Assembly: GCA_023228845.1 (NCBI GenBank)
Contig: JALOAK010000009.1
Span: 14,007 to 78,006 of the forward strand
DNA length: 64,000 bases
Source: Lysobacterales bacterium
Lineage (GTDB): Bacteria; Pseudomonadota; Gammaproteobacteria; Xanthomonadales; UBA2363
Reading direction: 5' to 3'
Below are positions 39,858 through 49,352 of this stretch, in pieces. Position numbers and translations under genes: made by a program. A model generated the notes under the pieces. It was not told where the DNA came from. It ran no database searches and worked only from the letters and a program-made list of their open reading frames with translations. Position 1 is the stretch's first letter. Every line of letters begins with the position of its first letter.

Positions 39858-40829
39858 ATGTCCGTTCTGTCGCCCGTGCCGTCCGTGCTTCCCGATGTTG
39901 CCAACGAAACCGGCCTGGCCGTCAAGGGACGGCTGGACTGGGTCGGCATGGGCGCGATCCATGCGCCGGTGACCCTGGCAGGTGAGGACGGCCAGGCGGT
40001 CCGCTTTCCGGCCCGTATTGATGCCGCCGTCGACCTGCAGCGCGGCGATGTCCGCGGCATCCACATGTCGCGCCTGTACCTGCACCTGGACCGCGCCCTG
40101 GGCGCCGAAGTCCTGACCCCGGCCGCGCTGCGCCGCCTGCTGACGCTGTTCCTGGAATCCCAGGGCGGCCTGGCCAGCCGGGCCAAGGTCGGCATCCACT
40201 TTGAATACCTGGCGCGGCGTGCGGCGCTGATTTCCGACAACTCCGGCTGGAAGGCGTATCCGGTCAGCATCACCGGCCTGCTTGAGGACGGACATTTCCA
40301 GCTCGAGCTTGGTTTGCAGGTGCTGTACTCCAGCACCTGCCCGTGCTCGGCGGCGCTGGCCCGGCAACTCATCCAGCAGCGATTCCGCGAGGATTTCGCC
40401 GGTGACGGCCAGGTCGACGCCGGCCGTGTCCTGGACTGGCTGGGCACCGAGCAGGGCATCAATGCCACCCCGCACAGCCAGCGTTCGGCCGCCGACATCA
40501 AGGTGCGGCTGAAGCCGGCCTTCGACCAGTTTCCGATCATCGCCCTGATCGACCGCATCGAGCAGGCGCTGGGCACGCCGGTGCAGACCGCGGTCAAACG
40601 CGAGGACGAGCAGGCCTTTGCCCACCTCAACGGCAGCAACCTGATGTTCTGCGAGGATGCCGCGCGACGCATCCAGTCGGCTCTGGACAGCGACGACCAC
40701 GTCGCCGATTTCTGGGCGCGGGTCAGCCACTACGAAAGCCTGCATCCGCATGACGCCGTGGCCGAGGCCAGCAAGGGCATCGCCGGCGGTTACCGCGCCG
40801 GTGCCGGCAGCCTTGGCGGGGGCGTGTGA
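39858..40829 (+). CDS. folE2: GTP cyclohydrolase IB (FolE2/MptA family)
   Basis: ATG 39858. GIHMSRLY, LYSSTCPCSAALAR, ATPHSQRS and ESLHPHDAVA are FolE2 hallmarks. Confidence 0.9.
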   Translation: MSVLSPVPSVLPDVANETGLAVKGRLDWVGMGAIHAPVTLAGEDGQAVRFPARIDAAVDLQRGDVRGIHMSRLYLHLDRALGAEVLTPAALRRLLTLFLESQGGLASRAKVGIHFEYLARRAALISDNSGWKAYPVSITGLLEDGHFQLELGLQVLYSSTCPCSAALARQLIQQRFREDFAGDGQVDAGRVLDWLGTEQGINATPHSQRSAADIKVRLKPAFDQFPIIALIDRIEQALGTPVQTAVKREDEQAFAHLNGSNLMFCEDAARRIQSALDSDDHVADFWARVSHYESLHPHDAVAEASKGIAGGYRAGAGSLGGGV

Positions 40830-41335
40830 TGCCGTCCGAGCGCGGCCATCGCCTGGCTGACCGGGTCGGCCTCGGTGCCGCCTGGGCCTGCGCCCTGCAT
40901 TGCGCCACCTGGCCACTGCTGCTGGCGCTGTTGCCGGCACTGGGCGCCTGGCGCGTGTCCGGCCTGGAAGCCGGCTTCGTCATCTTCGCCTGCCTGCTGG
41001 GCCTGACCAGCCTGGTCATCGGCTACCGCCGGCACCGCGTGTTCCGGGCCTTCTGGCTGTTGCTGCCCGGCCTGGGCCTGCTGGTTGCCGGCGCCGCCAC
41101 GCATCTGCACGAAGAACCGATCTGGCATGCGGTGGTGATGACCGCCGGCGGCCTGCTGGTCGGCCTGGCGCACATCATCAACCTGCGCCTGAGCCACGGC
41201 CATGTCCACGATGCCTGTTGCGGCCACCTGCCGGCCGGGCATCTGGATGCCGAAGCTGACGGCGAGCATCGGCATCACGATCATCATCACGGCCACGGCC
41301 ACGGTACTGCCGCGCCAGGCAAGGCACAGAGCTGA
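40826..41335 (+). CDS. MerC-like membrane protein with His-rich C-terminal tail
   Basis: Four predicted TM segments, an N-terminal ALHCATWPLLLALLP (MerC-like Cys) and the tail HGHVHDACCGH...EHRHHDHHHGHGHG. The start overlaps the folE2 stop (GTGATG). Confidence 0.7.
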   Translation: MMPSERGHRLADRVGLGAAWACALHCATWPLLLALLPALGAWRVSGLEAGFVIFACLLGLTSLVIGYRRHRVFRAFWLLLPGLGLLVAGAATHLHEEPIWHAVVMTAGGLLVGLAHIINLRLSHGHVHDACCGHLPAGHLDAEADGEHRHHDHHHGHGHGTAAPGKAQS

Positions 41336-41552
41336 GCGTCGGGCTGAGCATCGGCACACCGGTCGCTGCCATGGCGGGCGGATAGCCGGCGGCTCCGGCA
41401 ATGCCCGAGGGCTGACGCCGGCCCGCAGCCTGTGTGCATTTCGCTGCGGACAAGCCTGACAGTTGGCCCCGCCCGGCCCGCAGGACGCCGGCTCCGCGGG
41501 CAGCGGCCATTACACTGGGCCAATCTTCAGGCAACCCAGGAATTCCCCAATC

Positions 41553-42242
41553 ATGAATCGAACCGTCGTCATTACCGGCGCCGCGGGCGCACTCGGCCGC
41601 GTCGTCGCCCGCCATTTCCTCGACCAGGGTGCGCGGCTGGTGCTGCTCGACCGCGAGCTGGCCCTGCTGCAGTCGGCGTTCGCCGACCTGGACGGCGCTG
41701 CCGGCCATCGGCTTCTGGCCGCCGATGTCACCAACGAGGATGTCATGACGCAGGTTCTGGCTCGGGTTGGCGACATCGATGTGCTGGTGCACGCCGCCGG
41801 CGGCTTCACCATGGGCGAGAGCGTGGCTGAGCTGTCGCGCGCCACCTGGGAACACATGCTGGCACTCAACGCCTGGTCGTTCGTCGCCGCCGCCCGCGCC
41901 GTGGTACCGGGCATGGTCGAACGCGGCCAGGGCCGGATCATCGCCGTTAGCGCCCGCGCCGCCGCCCAGGGCGCGGCCGGCATGGCCGCCTATGTCGCCG
42001 CCAAGAGCGCGCTGCAGCGCCTGGTCGAAACCCTGTCGGCGGAAGTGCGCGAGCAGGGCATCGCGGTCAACAGCATCGCCCCCAGCATCATCGATACCGC
42101 GGCCAACCGTCAGGACATGCCCGATGCCGACCCAGCGCGCTGGGTGGCACCGGTGACGCTGGCCGAGACCATCGGCTTCCTGGCCTCCGAAGCCGGTGGC
42201 GCGATCCACGGCCAGCACCTGGTGGTGTCGGGCCTTTCCTGA
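41553..42242 (+). CDS. Short-chain dehydrogenase/reductase (SDR)
   Basis: ATG 41553. ITGAAGALGRVVA (TGxxxGxG) and YVAAK (YxxxK). Confidence 0.88.
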   Translation: MNRTVVITGAAGALGRVVARHFLDQGARLVLLDRELALLQSAFADLDGAAGHRLLAADVTNEDVMTQVLARVGDIDVLVHAAGGFTMGESVAELSRATWEHMLALNAWSFVAAARAVVPGMVERGQGRIIAVSARAAAQGAAGMAAYVAAKSALQRLVETLSAEVREQGIAVNSIAPSIIDTAANRQDMPDADPARWVAPVTLAETIGFLASEAGGAIHGQHLVVSGLS

Positions 42243-42378
42243 GCATGGGCCGGTGCATGGGCCGGGTTTCGGCCCGGCGATGGCTTGGCGACGGCCAGGA
42301 TTTGCTCTGTTGCAGCCGGCCCGGTCGCGGTTTCTTTCGTACAAGGCGCCGGCCGGCTGCCCGCAGCGCTTAATGCGA

Positions 42379-42490
42379 CGCCATCAGCCGGTACGGATAT
42401 CCCGCACCGGCACCTTGAACGGGCCGCATTCGCGGCCCGTTTCGATCAGCAGCCGGGCCGCTCCGGCCCGCACTCGAAGCCATCGCGCAG
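42379..42490. repeat. Direct repeat copy A (112 bp): orphan copy of the S8 gene 3' end plus hairpin
   Basis: 108/112 identical by hand alignment to 46232-46343. Its minus strand encodes only LRDGFECGPERPGC-stop, with in-frame stops upstream. Contains the hairpin acgggccgc-attc-gcggcccgt (42419-42440). Confidence 0.9.
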
Positions 42491-42732
42491 TCTACTGTCC
42501 GCAGACCTTCAAGGTCAGCATTCCCCAGTGGCGGTCGAAGCGGTCGCATTGGGGTGCGCCACGAAAAGACAAAAGTGCATAATAGTTAACTGTTTGAGAT
42601 CATTTTTCCCGCTATCTTCACCTTCGCATTCGTGAGGCGGAGCCCTTCAGGGGTGGCCAGATCCCAGGCCTTAAGGGATTTCTCGAAAAGTTATCAAAAC
42701 AGATCCGTCCCCAGCTCATCCAGGAAACAGTC

Positions 42733-45501
42733 ATGCGCGCACTCATCCTGTTTATCGCTGTAGTCTCTTCGCTGGTAGCCGCACCGTTCGCATGCAGCTC
42801 GGAGATCGACGATTCCGTCATGGCCCTGCGCCATCGGCTTTCTGAAAGTGGCAGCCATATCTTGATGGCGGCCCCGGCCTCCCAACGGCCGGCAACAACT
42901 GCGAATCTGATCGAAGCCCTGTCTATTCCTAACGCGCAGTTTCTGGACGTGAGCCTGGAGGCGCCGCCGCTGTCCGTGGCCGTGTTGCCGGAGTTAGGCG
43001 CTATCCGCCCGACACAGGGAAGCCACTTTGTTGTGCTGAGCACTGGCGTTGCCGGCAGCACGCAACCGGTACCGGGACAAGACTACCGCTCTGCAGACGG
43101 ACGGGGCAACGGCGCCACCCTGACACTGGTGCTTGACCCGCCACCGGGCACGGCGCAGTTGTCGCTCGACTACCTTTTTCTCACCGCTGAGTACCCCGCG
43201 TTCGTCGGTAGCTTGTACGAAGACCGGTTCACCGCCACGCTTACCGACGCCGAAGGACGAAAGGCTGTTTTCGATCTGAACGCCGGCAGCCCCCTTGTCC
43301 ACCCCGTCACCCCCAAACCTTATCAGGGCAGCGGCTTCGACCTGTTCACGCCCGACCCATTGGCGCTTGATGCCGAATTCGGCCTGGGGCTCCCGGCAGC
43401 CGGAACCACCGGCTGGCGGACCTTGACCCTGCCTTTCATGGCCCAGGGCCCGATCATGGTCGAACTGGAAATCCGCGATGCCGGCGACGGGTTGTTCGAT
43501 TCGACTGTCTTGTTGAGCAACCTGCAGATCACATCGATGATGTTGCTCGGCGAAGGCGACGATCATTTCTGGCGATCCTGCGCTCATGCCTATAGCAGCA
43601 CAGGACCTTTCCCAATGCGCCAACCGGTGCCACCTGGGCCTGGCGCATTTGGTGTAGTCGCCGATGGCAAGACGAAATGGCCATATGCGATCCTCAATAC
43701 CACTCGCTTTGATTATGTGCAATACGCCCTGATTGGTGGCTCCGCACCTGAAGACGGCGGCTTGGGCGGACCCGGCACCAACGACCGCTTGGATCTGGTT
43801 CTGTTGCCGATCACCGAACAGTTGGTTCCCGGCTTCTGGGGCGCCTATGCTCATTTCTTCGCCCCGGAGGAGTTCAATCGTGGAGGCGACGAGGACGATG
43901 CCGAGCGCCAGTTTGCGATTCAGACCTGCTTTCGCAATGTAGGCGGTCCGTTGCAACACTGCACGACGCGGCCTTTTCGTATCCTGCGACCTCCGGTGGT
44001 CCTGATGCACGGGCTGTGGTCACGTGCCCAAGTCTGGCGCGACTCACCTATTCATCGTGATGAAAGAACTCGAACTTTTCCCGTGAACTATGCGGCTACA
44101 CATGCCCGCGGATTCGCCGTCAATTCGAAGACCCCAGAAGGAAAGATGATGGAGTCATGCTTTCAACTTCATGAAGAGAATGTTCTGTCATCACGAGTTG
44201 ATTTTGTTGGACACAGCATGGGCGGAAATCTGGGCAGGCTCTACAATTCCCATGCCAGCAACCGGATAAACAAACTAATCACCATCAACACTCCACACCA
44301 TGGGTCGCCCTTCGCCAATGTAACGGCAGGTGTACGCGACTCGCTTCCCATTGAAGCCCGGTTGGCCATGAATATGGTAATGCGTCTCATCAAACGCGCA
44401 ATCGACGAAGGCGCTATCGACGACCTGGTCGAAAACAGTGCCGGAATAACCTCGATTCCAGCCACACTCATTCCCGGTCACGCATTGGTTGGCACCGGTG
44501 GTTCGGCCTATGTCGGGGAGCAGCTGAGACACGCACCAACGGTGGATGCGCTAACGTATGCCGTGCTACATTTTTTCGTCGAGGGCGCTCTGAATTTACT
44601 GTTCGATGGCGAAGAACACGACCTGATAGTGGCGCGTGGCAGCCAGACCGGTGGGCTCAGCCCACTCGCCAGCACCCTCTATTCGGGCGCCGACAGTATG
44701 CACACACTTGCACCCTCAAGCACGAACTATGCTGCGGGCGTCATGGAGCTGCTAAACAGCCATAGGCTCGGGTCTATGTTCGAATATTTCCCTGAGCCCA
44801 CGATCCTGACCTCCTCCCTCCTGGATAAGTGGTCCGCCGTAGCGCCGACGTTGTCTGAACGGCTAGCTAGGATTGAGGTGATTCCTTCCGGCATCGAAGT
44901 ACTTGTTCCTGGCGATGGGAGCCCGGCAACAGCCGGTGAGCCTGTGCAGTTCACTGTCGTTGCAGCCGATGGTTTCGGCCTCAATAAGGTTCTGGTGATA
45001 GGTAGCGATTCTCATGCCTTGATCGAACAGCCGCCCTTCGAACAGAACGTGTGGATTCCACTAGAACATGCTGGCGCGATGGCCTTCGCGGTGTTAGGGA
45101 AGGATGCAAGCGGAAATATTACAGGGCCCGTTGAAGTATCTGTCCAAGTCACTGTGTCGGCCAGTTTACTCGGGGTGGACATCCTAAACAGCACAGGCTA
45201 TCTGTTCGGCATCGGTGATAATCTCCAACTCTCGGTCCAAGGCCTCTACGACGACGATATCGACCGCGACCTCACCCATCCGTCCACGGGAACGGTATAC
45301 TTTAGTTCGAATCCATCGATCGCAACGGTTGATGAAAATGGAAGAGTTACCTCGGTCGACCATGGAACCACTGCGATCATCGCCCAGAACGGTAATTTCC
45401 AAGACGGTATCTTGGTAACAGTCATGCATGACGATCGCCTATTCGCCAATGGTTTTGAGACGTTCCAGTGGCGTGCGGCGGCTGCAATCATGGGCCGTTG
45501 A
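42733..45501 (+). CDS. 922-aa secreted multidomain lipase/alpha-beta hydrolase (choice-of-anchor-L-like N domain, GHSMGG hydrolase core, Ig-like/Big_2 C domains), ending in LFANGFE...
   Basis: Signal peptide MRALILFIAVVSSLVAAPFA. LSLDYLFLTAEYPAFVGSLYEDRFTATL resembles choice-of-anchor L. VVLMHGLWS...VDFVGHSMGGNLG is a nucleophile elbow. VTSVDHGTTAIIAQ is Big_2-like. Confidence 0.8.
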   Translation: MRALILFIAVVSSLVAAPFACSSEIDDSVMALRHRLSESGSHILMAAPASQRPATTANLIEALSIPNAQFLDVSLEAPPLSVAVLPELGAIRPTQGSHFVVLSTGVAGSTQPVPGQDYRSADGRGNGATLTLVLDPPPGTAQLSLDYLFLTAEYPAFVGSLYEDRFTATLTDAEGRKAVFDLNAGSPLVHPVTPKPYQGSGFDLFTPDPLALDAEFGLGLPAAGTTGWRTLTLPFMAQGPIMVELEIRDAGDGLFDSTVLLSNLQITSMMLLGEGDDHFWRSCAHAYSSTGPFPMRQPVPPGPGAFGVVADGKTKWPYAILNTTRFDYVQYALIGGSAPEDGGLGGPGTNDRLDLVLLPITEQLVPGFWGAYAHFFAPEEFNRGGDEDDAERQFAIQTCFRNVGGPLQHCTTRPFRILRPPVVLMHGLWSRAQVWRDSPIHRDERTRTFPVNYAATHARGFAVNSKTPEGKMMESCFQLHEENVLSSRVDFVGHSMGGNLGRLYNSHASNRINKLITINTPHHGSPFANVTAGVRDSLPIEARLAMNMVMRLIKRAIDEGAIDDLVENSAGITSIPATLIPGHALVGTGGSAYVGEQLRHAPTVDALTYAVLHFFVEGALNLLFDGEEHDLIVARGSQTGGLSPLASTLYSGADSMHTLAPSSTNYAAGVMELLNSHRLGSMFEYFPEPTILTSSLLDKWSAVAPTLSERLARIEVIPSGIEVLVPGDGSPATAGEPVQFTVVAADGFGLNKVLVIGSDSHALIEQPPFEQNVWIPLEHAGAMAFAVLGKDASGNITGPVEVSVQVTVSASLLGVDILNSTGYLFGIGDNLQLSVQGLYDDDIDRDLTHPSTGTVYFSSNPSIATVDENGRVTSVDHGTTAIIAQNGNFQDGILVTVMHDDRLFANGFETFQWRAAAAIMGR

Positions 45502-45511
45502 GGGATTAAGA

Positions 45512-46177
45512 ATGCACAGGCCCCTTTTTCTCTTGCTTATTTGCGTGCTGCTGTCTGGCTGCGGCGATTTGTTGCATCCGATCAAAATGCTTGCCGCAGG
45601 CGCCAGGGAGCCAAAGCCACTTGAACAGCAGTATCATAGTCTTGCAAGAGAAATTGCTTCACCGAAGCCGTGTCTACTGGTTTCCTCCAGCGCCATCAGT
45701 TTTTCCGCCTGGGGAGGCCCCGGAGCCAGATATATTCGCATCAGGTCCGACTGTTATCTAGAAGTGGCACTTAAAACACAGAACATACATCTTTGCGATC
45801 AAATAGAAAATATCCCTGTTTGGATGGAGCGTGACTCCCTTCTTGGACCCCATTATTGTCGCCAACTCGTCGAACAGCGAAACAGAGGTATCGGAGAGAT
45901 GCCCGACCTGTCACTGCTGATGAGCGAAATGGGTTACGCCGACGATGAAATCGAACAGGCCAGTGGCAATCCTCGCAGAACCATGCGGTCCGAAGAGTTC
46001 TTCTATCGTATCGACCGGTTGCCGCACTACGGCAGCGAAGAGGACAGGCGCCAGATGCAGGCCATGGTCTGGCAGCCGCCAGCGCAGCATCCACCACAAC
46101 CGGATGTCTGTGGTCCCCACGAGCAGCCACCCGGTGACGGCGAGCCACCCAGGATATGCATTCCGTTCCCTGGATAG
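45512..46177 (+). CDS. Cys-rich lipoprotein of unknown function, probably co-transcribed with the lipase
   Basis: ATG 45512 lies 10 nt after the lipase stop, with GAGGGA upstream. Lipobox LLSGC. No recognisable family. Confidence 0.65.
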   Translation: MHRPLFLLLICVLLSGCGDLLHPIKMLAAGAREPKPLEQQYHSLAREIASPKPCLLVSSSAISFSAWGGPGARYIRIRSDCYLEVALKTQNIHLCDQIENIPVWMERDSLLGPHYCRQLVEQRNRGIGEMPDLSLLMSEMGYADDEIEQASGNPRRTMRSEEFFYRIDRLPHYGSEEDRRQMQAMVWQPPAQHPPQPDVCGPHEQPPGDGEPPRICIPFPG

Positions 46178-46231
46178 TTGGTCCTGGTCGACTGGCACGG
46201 CTTGATTGCCGATGGACGGATGATCCGCCGG

Positions 46232-46343
46232 CGCCATCAGCCAGTATGGATATCCCGCACCGGCACTTTCAACGGGCCGCATTCGCGGCCCGTTTCGATC
46301 AGCAGCCGGGCCGCTCCGGCCCGCACTCGAAGCCATCGCGCAG
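46232..46343. repeat. Direct repeat copy B (112 bp) overlapping the functional 3' end of the S8 protease gene
   Basis: Covers the last 14 codons plus stop (46299-46343) and the downstream hairpin at 46272-46293. Confidence 0.9.
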
Positions 46344-48959
46344 CAGGATTTCCGGCGAAGCCAGTACCTGCGTGGTCTCGCTGGCGTGGTTGTTGCCGGT
46401 GTCCGGATCGGCCGCGATGGCGCTGACCTGGGCAATGGTGGTGATCAGCCCGGCCGGCGTGCGCACGTCGACCAGGGCGTCGATCTCCAGCACCGGTGCC
46501 AGGCTGGCCGCGGGCGTGCCAGTGGCCAGGGTGCAGGTCACTTGGCCGGCATCCGGCAGACAGGTCCAGTCGCGGCCGCTGCCACCATCCACGGTGCGCG
46601 CCTGGCCGTAGTCGGTGCCATCGGGAAGCTCAAGCACCACGGTGATCTCGCCGCTGTCATCGGGTCCGAAGTTGACCACATTGACCACCCAGGTGAGCGG
46701 ATTGCCGGCGATGACCGGGTCGGGCACATCGGCCAGGCTCAGCGCCAGGTCGGCGCCCGGAGCGCTGCCCGCAGGTTGGCAGTTGTAGCAGACCAGGGCG
46801 AAATCCTGGGCGTTGCTGGCGCCGGCATTGGGCAGGGCGTTGGAGTTGATGTCGGCGGCCAGCACCTCCACCGCAATCACGCCGCCGTGCTGGTCCGGGC
46901 GCAGGAACACGCCTTCGGTGTTGTTGCGGTGCTCGGCGCTGCCGCCGGTGGCCGACCAGCCATCGGTGAAAACATTGCCCAGGTAGAGCTGGTCATCGGC
47001 CTGCACACGCAGATCCAGATCATTGTTCCAGGCCGGCGTGCTGCTGCCCAGGCCGTGGCCGGGAGCGTCGGTCCACACCAGCATCAGGCGCATCGGCTGA
47101 TCCGGGTCGCCGGCTTCCCAGGTTTGCTGCCAGCTCTGGCCGGTGGCGTCGAACACGTGTTCCTGGTCGACATAGACCACCGGCAGCTCCGGTGCCAGGA
47201 CGGCGGCCGGGCGCATCCGGCCCCAGCCCTGCTTGCGATCGGGGCGAGCGCCGATCGGGTTGTTGTTGGCATCGTTGTTGCCGACCAGATCCTGGCTCAC
47301 CGGCAGGAACGCGGCCTTGACCAGGGCCGGGCTGGGATCGGCCCCGGCCAGCTCCCGGTAGTACTGGAAGAACAGGCCGGCGGCGCCGGCGACATGCGGC
47401 GCGGCCTGGCTGGTGCCGCCCTGCATGACATAGCCGCTGCTGCCGGCGGTGGAATCGGTGAACCGGCTGTTGGCGATCATGTGCGGGATGAAGCGGCCAT
47501 CCAGGGCCGGGCCGTGGCCACTGTTGGCGGAAATATGCTCGTTGCGCAGATCCTGGGTGTTGGCATCGACCTGGGCCCAGGCCGAGCCGATGGTGAAGAT
47601 GTTCTTGGCCTCGTCGGGGATGCCCTGCGAGCTGGTGCCGCCACCGCCATTGTCGATCGCCAGGACATACAGCAGCGGCTGGTCGCCGGTGGCGTCGGTA
47701 TCGGCATCGCGGCTGCCGATGTCGACCTGGCGCGCGGTGGACTCGTAGCCGGCCGGCCCGCTGCCGCCCCAACTGTTGTTGGACAGCACCGCGCCGTTGC
47801 GCACCGAATCGCGCATCCGGTTCAGATAGGCGGGCGTGCCGGCCGCAAAGGTGTAGCGCTGCTCGATCAACTGCGCGCCCGGCGCCATGCCCAGGCCGCG
47901 CAGCAACCCATGGCTGTTGGTGAGCCCGGAGCTGCCGTCGGCGGCCATGATGCCGGCGACATGGGTGCCGTGATCGCCACCCTGAGTGCCATTGCCGCAG
48001 GTCGGCCCGGTGCAGGGCAGCATGCGGTTGATCAGGTCGGGATGGTTGGCCTGGGTACCGCTGTCGACGCAGGCCATGATCACACCGCTGCCATCCAGTT
48101 CCAGGTTCTCGAGGAAGGCCAGGTAGCCCGGGTAGGCAAGGCCGCCGGCGTCGACATTGCCGAAGTTGATCTGCACGCTGGTTTCGCTGCGGTTGAACGG
48201 CTCGATCACCGGTTGCACGGCGTAGATGCCGGGCAGGGACGCCAGTTGCGGCAGGCGGCTGGCGGCGACCTGCACCGTCAGCATGTCCAGATGGCGATCC
48301 AGGCGGCCACGGTCCTGCACTGTCACCGCCAGGGCGGCCAGGCGCTGGTCAAGATCGGCCAGGCCGGGGCGCGCCAGCAGGCTGACAGCGATCAGGCCCT
48401 CGCCATCGCGGCGCATCACCGGCGGCAACCGGTAGTCGGGCAGGAACTCGCCCTGCCAACGCACGCCGGGCAGTTGCCCAGCGCGGGCCTGGGCGGTCGC
48501 GTCGGCCCAGACCACATAGGTATGCGGATGGATGTACTGCACCGGCTCGATGCCGGCGGCGGCCAGCTCATCCAGCCATTGCTGTTTCACCGGGCCTTGG
48601 AACTGCACCAGGCGCCAGTCCGGCTCCGGTGTCGCCTGCCAGCCGGCGAACGGCGCCGCGCTCAGTTGTGCGGTCAAGTTCAATGGGTCGAAGCGTTGGC
48701 CGCCCAGATCCAGCTCGAACGGCCGCTCGACGACATGGATTTCCAGGCCTTCGGCACGCAGCGCGTCGATATCGGCGCTGGCCATCGGCAGCCAGCGGAA
48801 GGCGCCGTAATCAATGACGTTGCCGGAGTGCAGGCGTGCGTCGAGCTGGTCGGCTGCGCCGTGCACGCGCACCCAGCTCCGCGCATCGGTGGCAGCCGCG
48901 GTGGCCATGCTGGTGGCGAGCAGGACGGCGAGGGTGAAGCGGGCGAGAGTCAGGCTCAT
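46299..48959 (-). CDS. Secreted subtilisin-like serine protease (S8) with C-terminal DUF11-like domain, ending in LLRDGFECGPERPGC
   Basis: ATG (CAT 48957-48959) follows GGAG. Signal peptide MSLTLARFTLAVLLATSMATAAA. Catalytic triad contexts VDSGTQANHPD, HGTHVAGIMAA and GGTSQAAPHVAGAAGL. Confidence 0.9.
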   Translation of the reverse strand: MSLTLARFTLAVLLATSMATAAATDARSWVRVHGAADQLDARLHSGNVIDYGAFRWLPMASADIDALRAEGLEIHVVERPFELDLGGQRFDPLNLTAQLSAAPFAGWQATPEPDWRLVQFQGPVKQQWLDELAAAGIEPVQYIHPHTYVVWADATAQARAGQLPGVRWQGEFLPDYRLPPVMRRDGEGLIAVSLLARPGLADLDQRLAALAVTVQDRGRLDRHLDMLTVQVAASRLPQLASLPGIYAVQPVIEPFNRSETSVQINFGNVDAGGLAYPGYLAFLENLELDGSGVIMACVDSGTQANHPDLINRMLPCTGPTCGNGTQGGDHGTHVAGIMAADGSSGLTNSHGLLRGLGMAPGAQLIEQRYTFAAGTPAYLNRMRDSVRNGAVLSNNSWGGSGPAGYESTARQVDIGSRDADTDATGDQPLLYVLAIDNGGGGTSSQGIPDEAKNIFTIGSAWAQVDANTQDLRNEHISANSGHGPALDGRFIPHMIANSRFTDSTAGSSGYVMQGGTSQAAPHVAGAAGLFFQYYRELAGADPSPALVKAAFLPVSQDLVGNNDANNNPIGARPDRKQGWGRMRPAAVLAPELPVVYVDQEHVFDATGQSWQQTWEAGDPDQPMRLMLVWTDAPGHGLGSSTPAWNNDLDLRVQADDQLYLGNVFTDGWSATGGSAEHRNNTEGVFLRPDQHGGVIAVEVLAADINSNALPNAGASNAQDFALVCYNCQPAGSAPGADLALSLADVPDPVIAGNPLTWVVNVVNFGPDDSGEITVVLELPDGTDYGQARTVDGGSGRDWTCLPDAGQVTCTLATGTPAASLAPVLEIDALVDVRTPAGLITTIAQVSAIAADPDTGNNHASETTQVLASPEILLRDGFECGPERPGC

Positions 48960-49352
48960 GGCGCGGTCTCCGGGGAGGGGTTGGACGGGCAACGGGGCCG
49001 TGGTCGGAAGTGCCGGCAGCGCCGGGAAGGCAGGATGGCAGTCTGGGTGTGGCAAACGCTGGGCCGCCGGTAATTGTATCGTCGGGAGGGGCTGGCGGTG
49101 GGCCGGGATTTTACGGGTCATCGGCGCCGGCGCTGCGCTGGCACCGCACTGGCAAAAACATCGGCACCGGCCCCGGTGCTGGCATCGACATGGCCATCGG
49201 CCAAAACACCAGCGTCGGCACTGGCTGGCGCCGGGTGGCTATGCTGGCGCCAAGGCCGGCCGATCCGGCACCGGTAGCGACAACGCCACGGAAGCGGCGA
49301 TCAGCGGCGACCAGGAGAGCACAGCGATGACAGCAGCGGCGCGGAGCGATCA

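Larger units (their letters stand above)
42491..46231. other. 3.7-kb low-G+C islet bounded by the 112-bp direct repeats
   Basis: Hand counts of individual 60-nt lines inside give about 38-62% G+C, against about 70% in the flanks. It carries only the lipase and lipoprotein genes; no integrase or transposase was seen. Confidence 0.75.

Noticed and set aside
42243-42732. Looked for a tRNA, integrase fragment or att-like core at the islet's left edge.
   Set aside because: Only the 112-bp repeat copy and AT-richer non-coding DNA are present. There is no tRNA cloverleaf and no recombinase-like translation in any frame.
48960-49352. 393-bp divergent region between the S8 protease and acyltransferase genes, containing several 60-180-aa ORFs.
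   Set aside because: All are Arg/Gly/Ala-rich shadow-type translations. The region is most simply a divergent promoter region.
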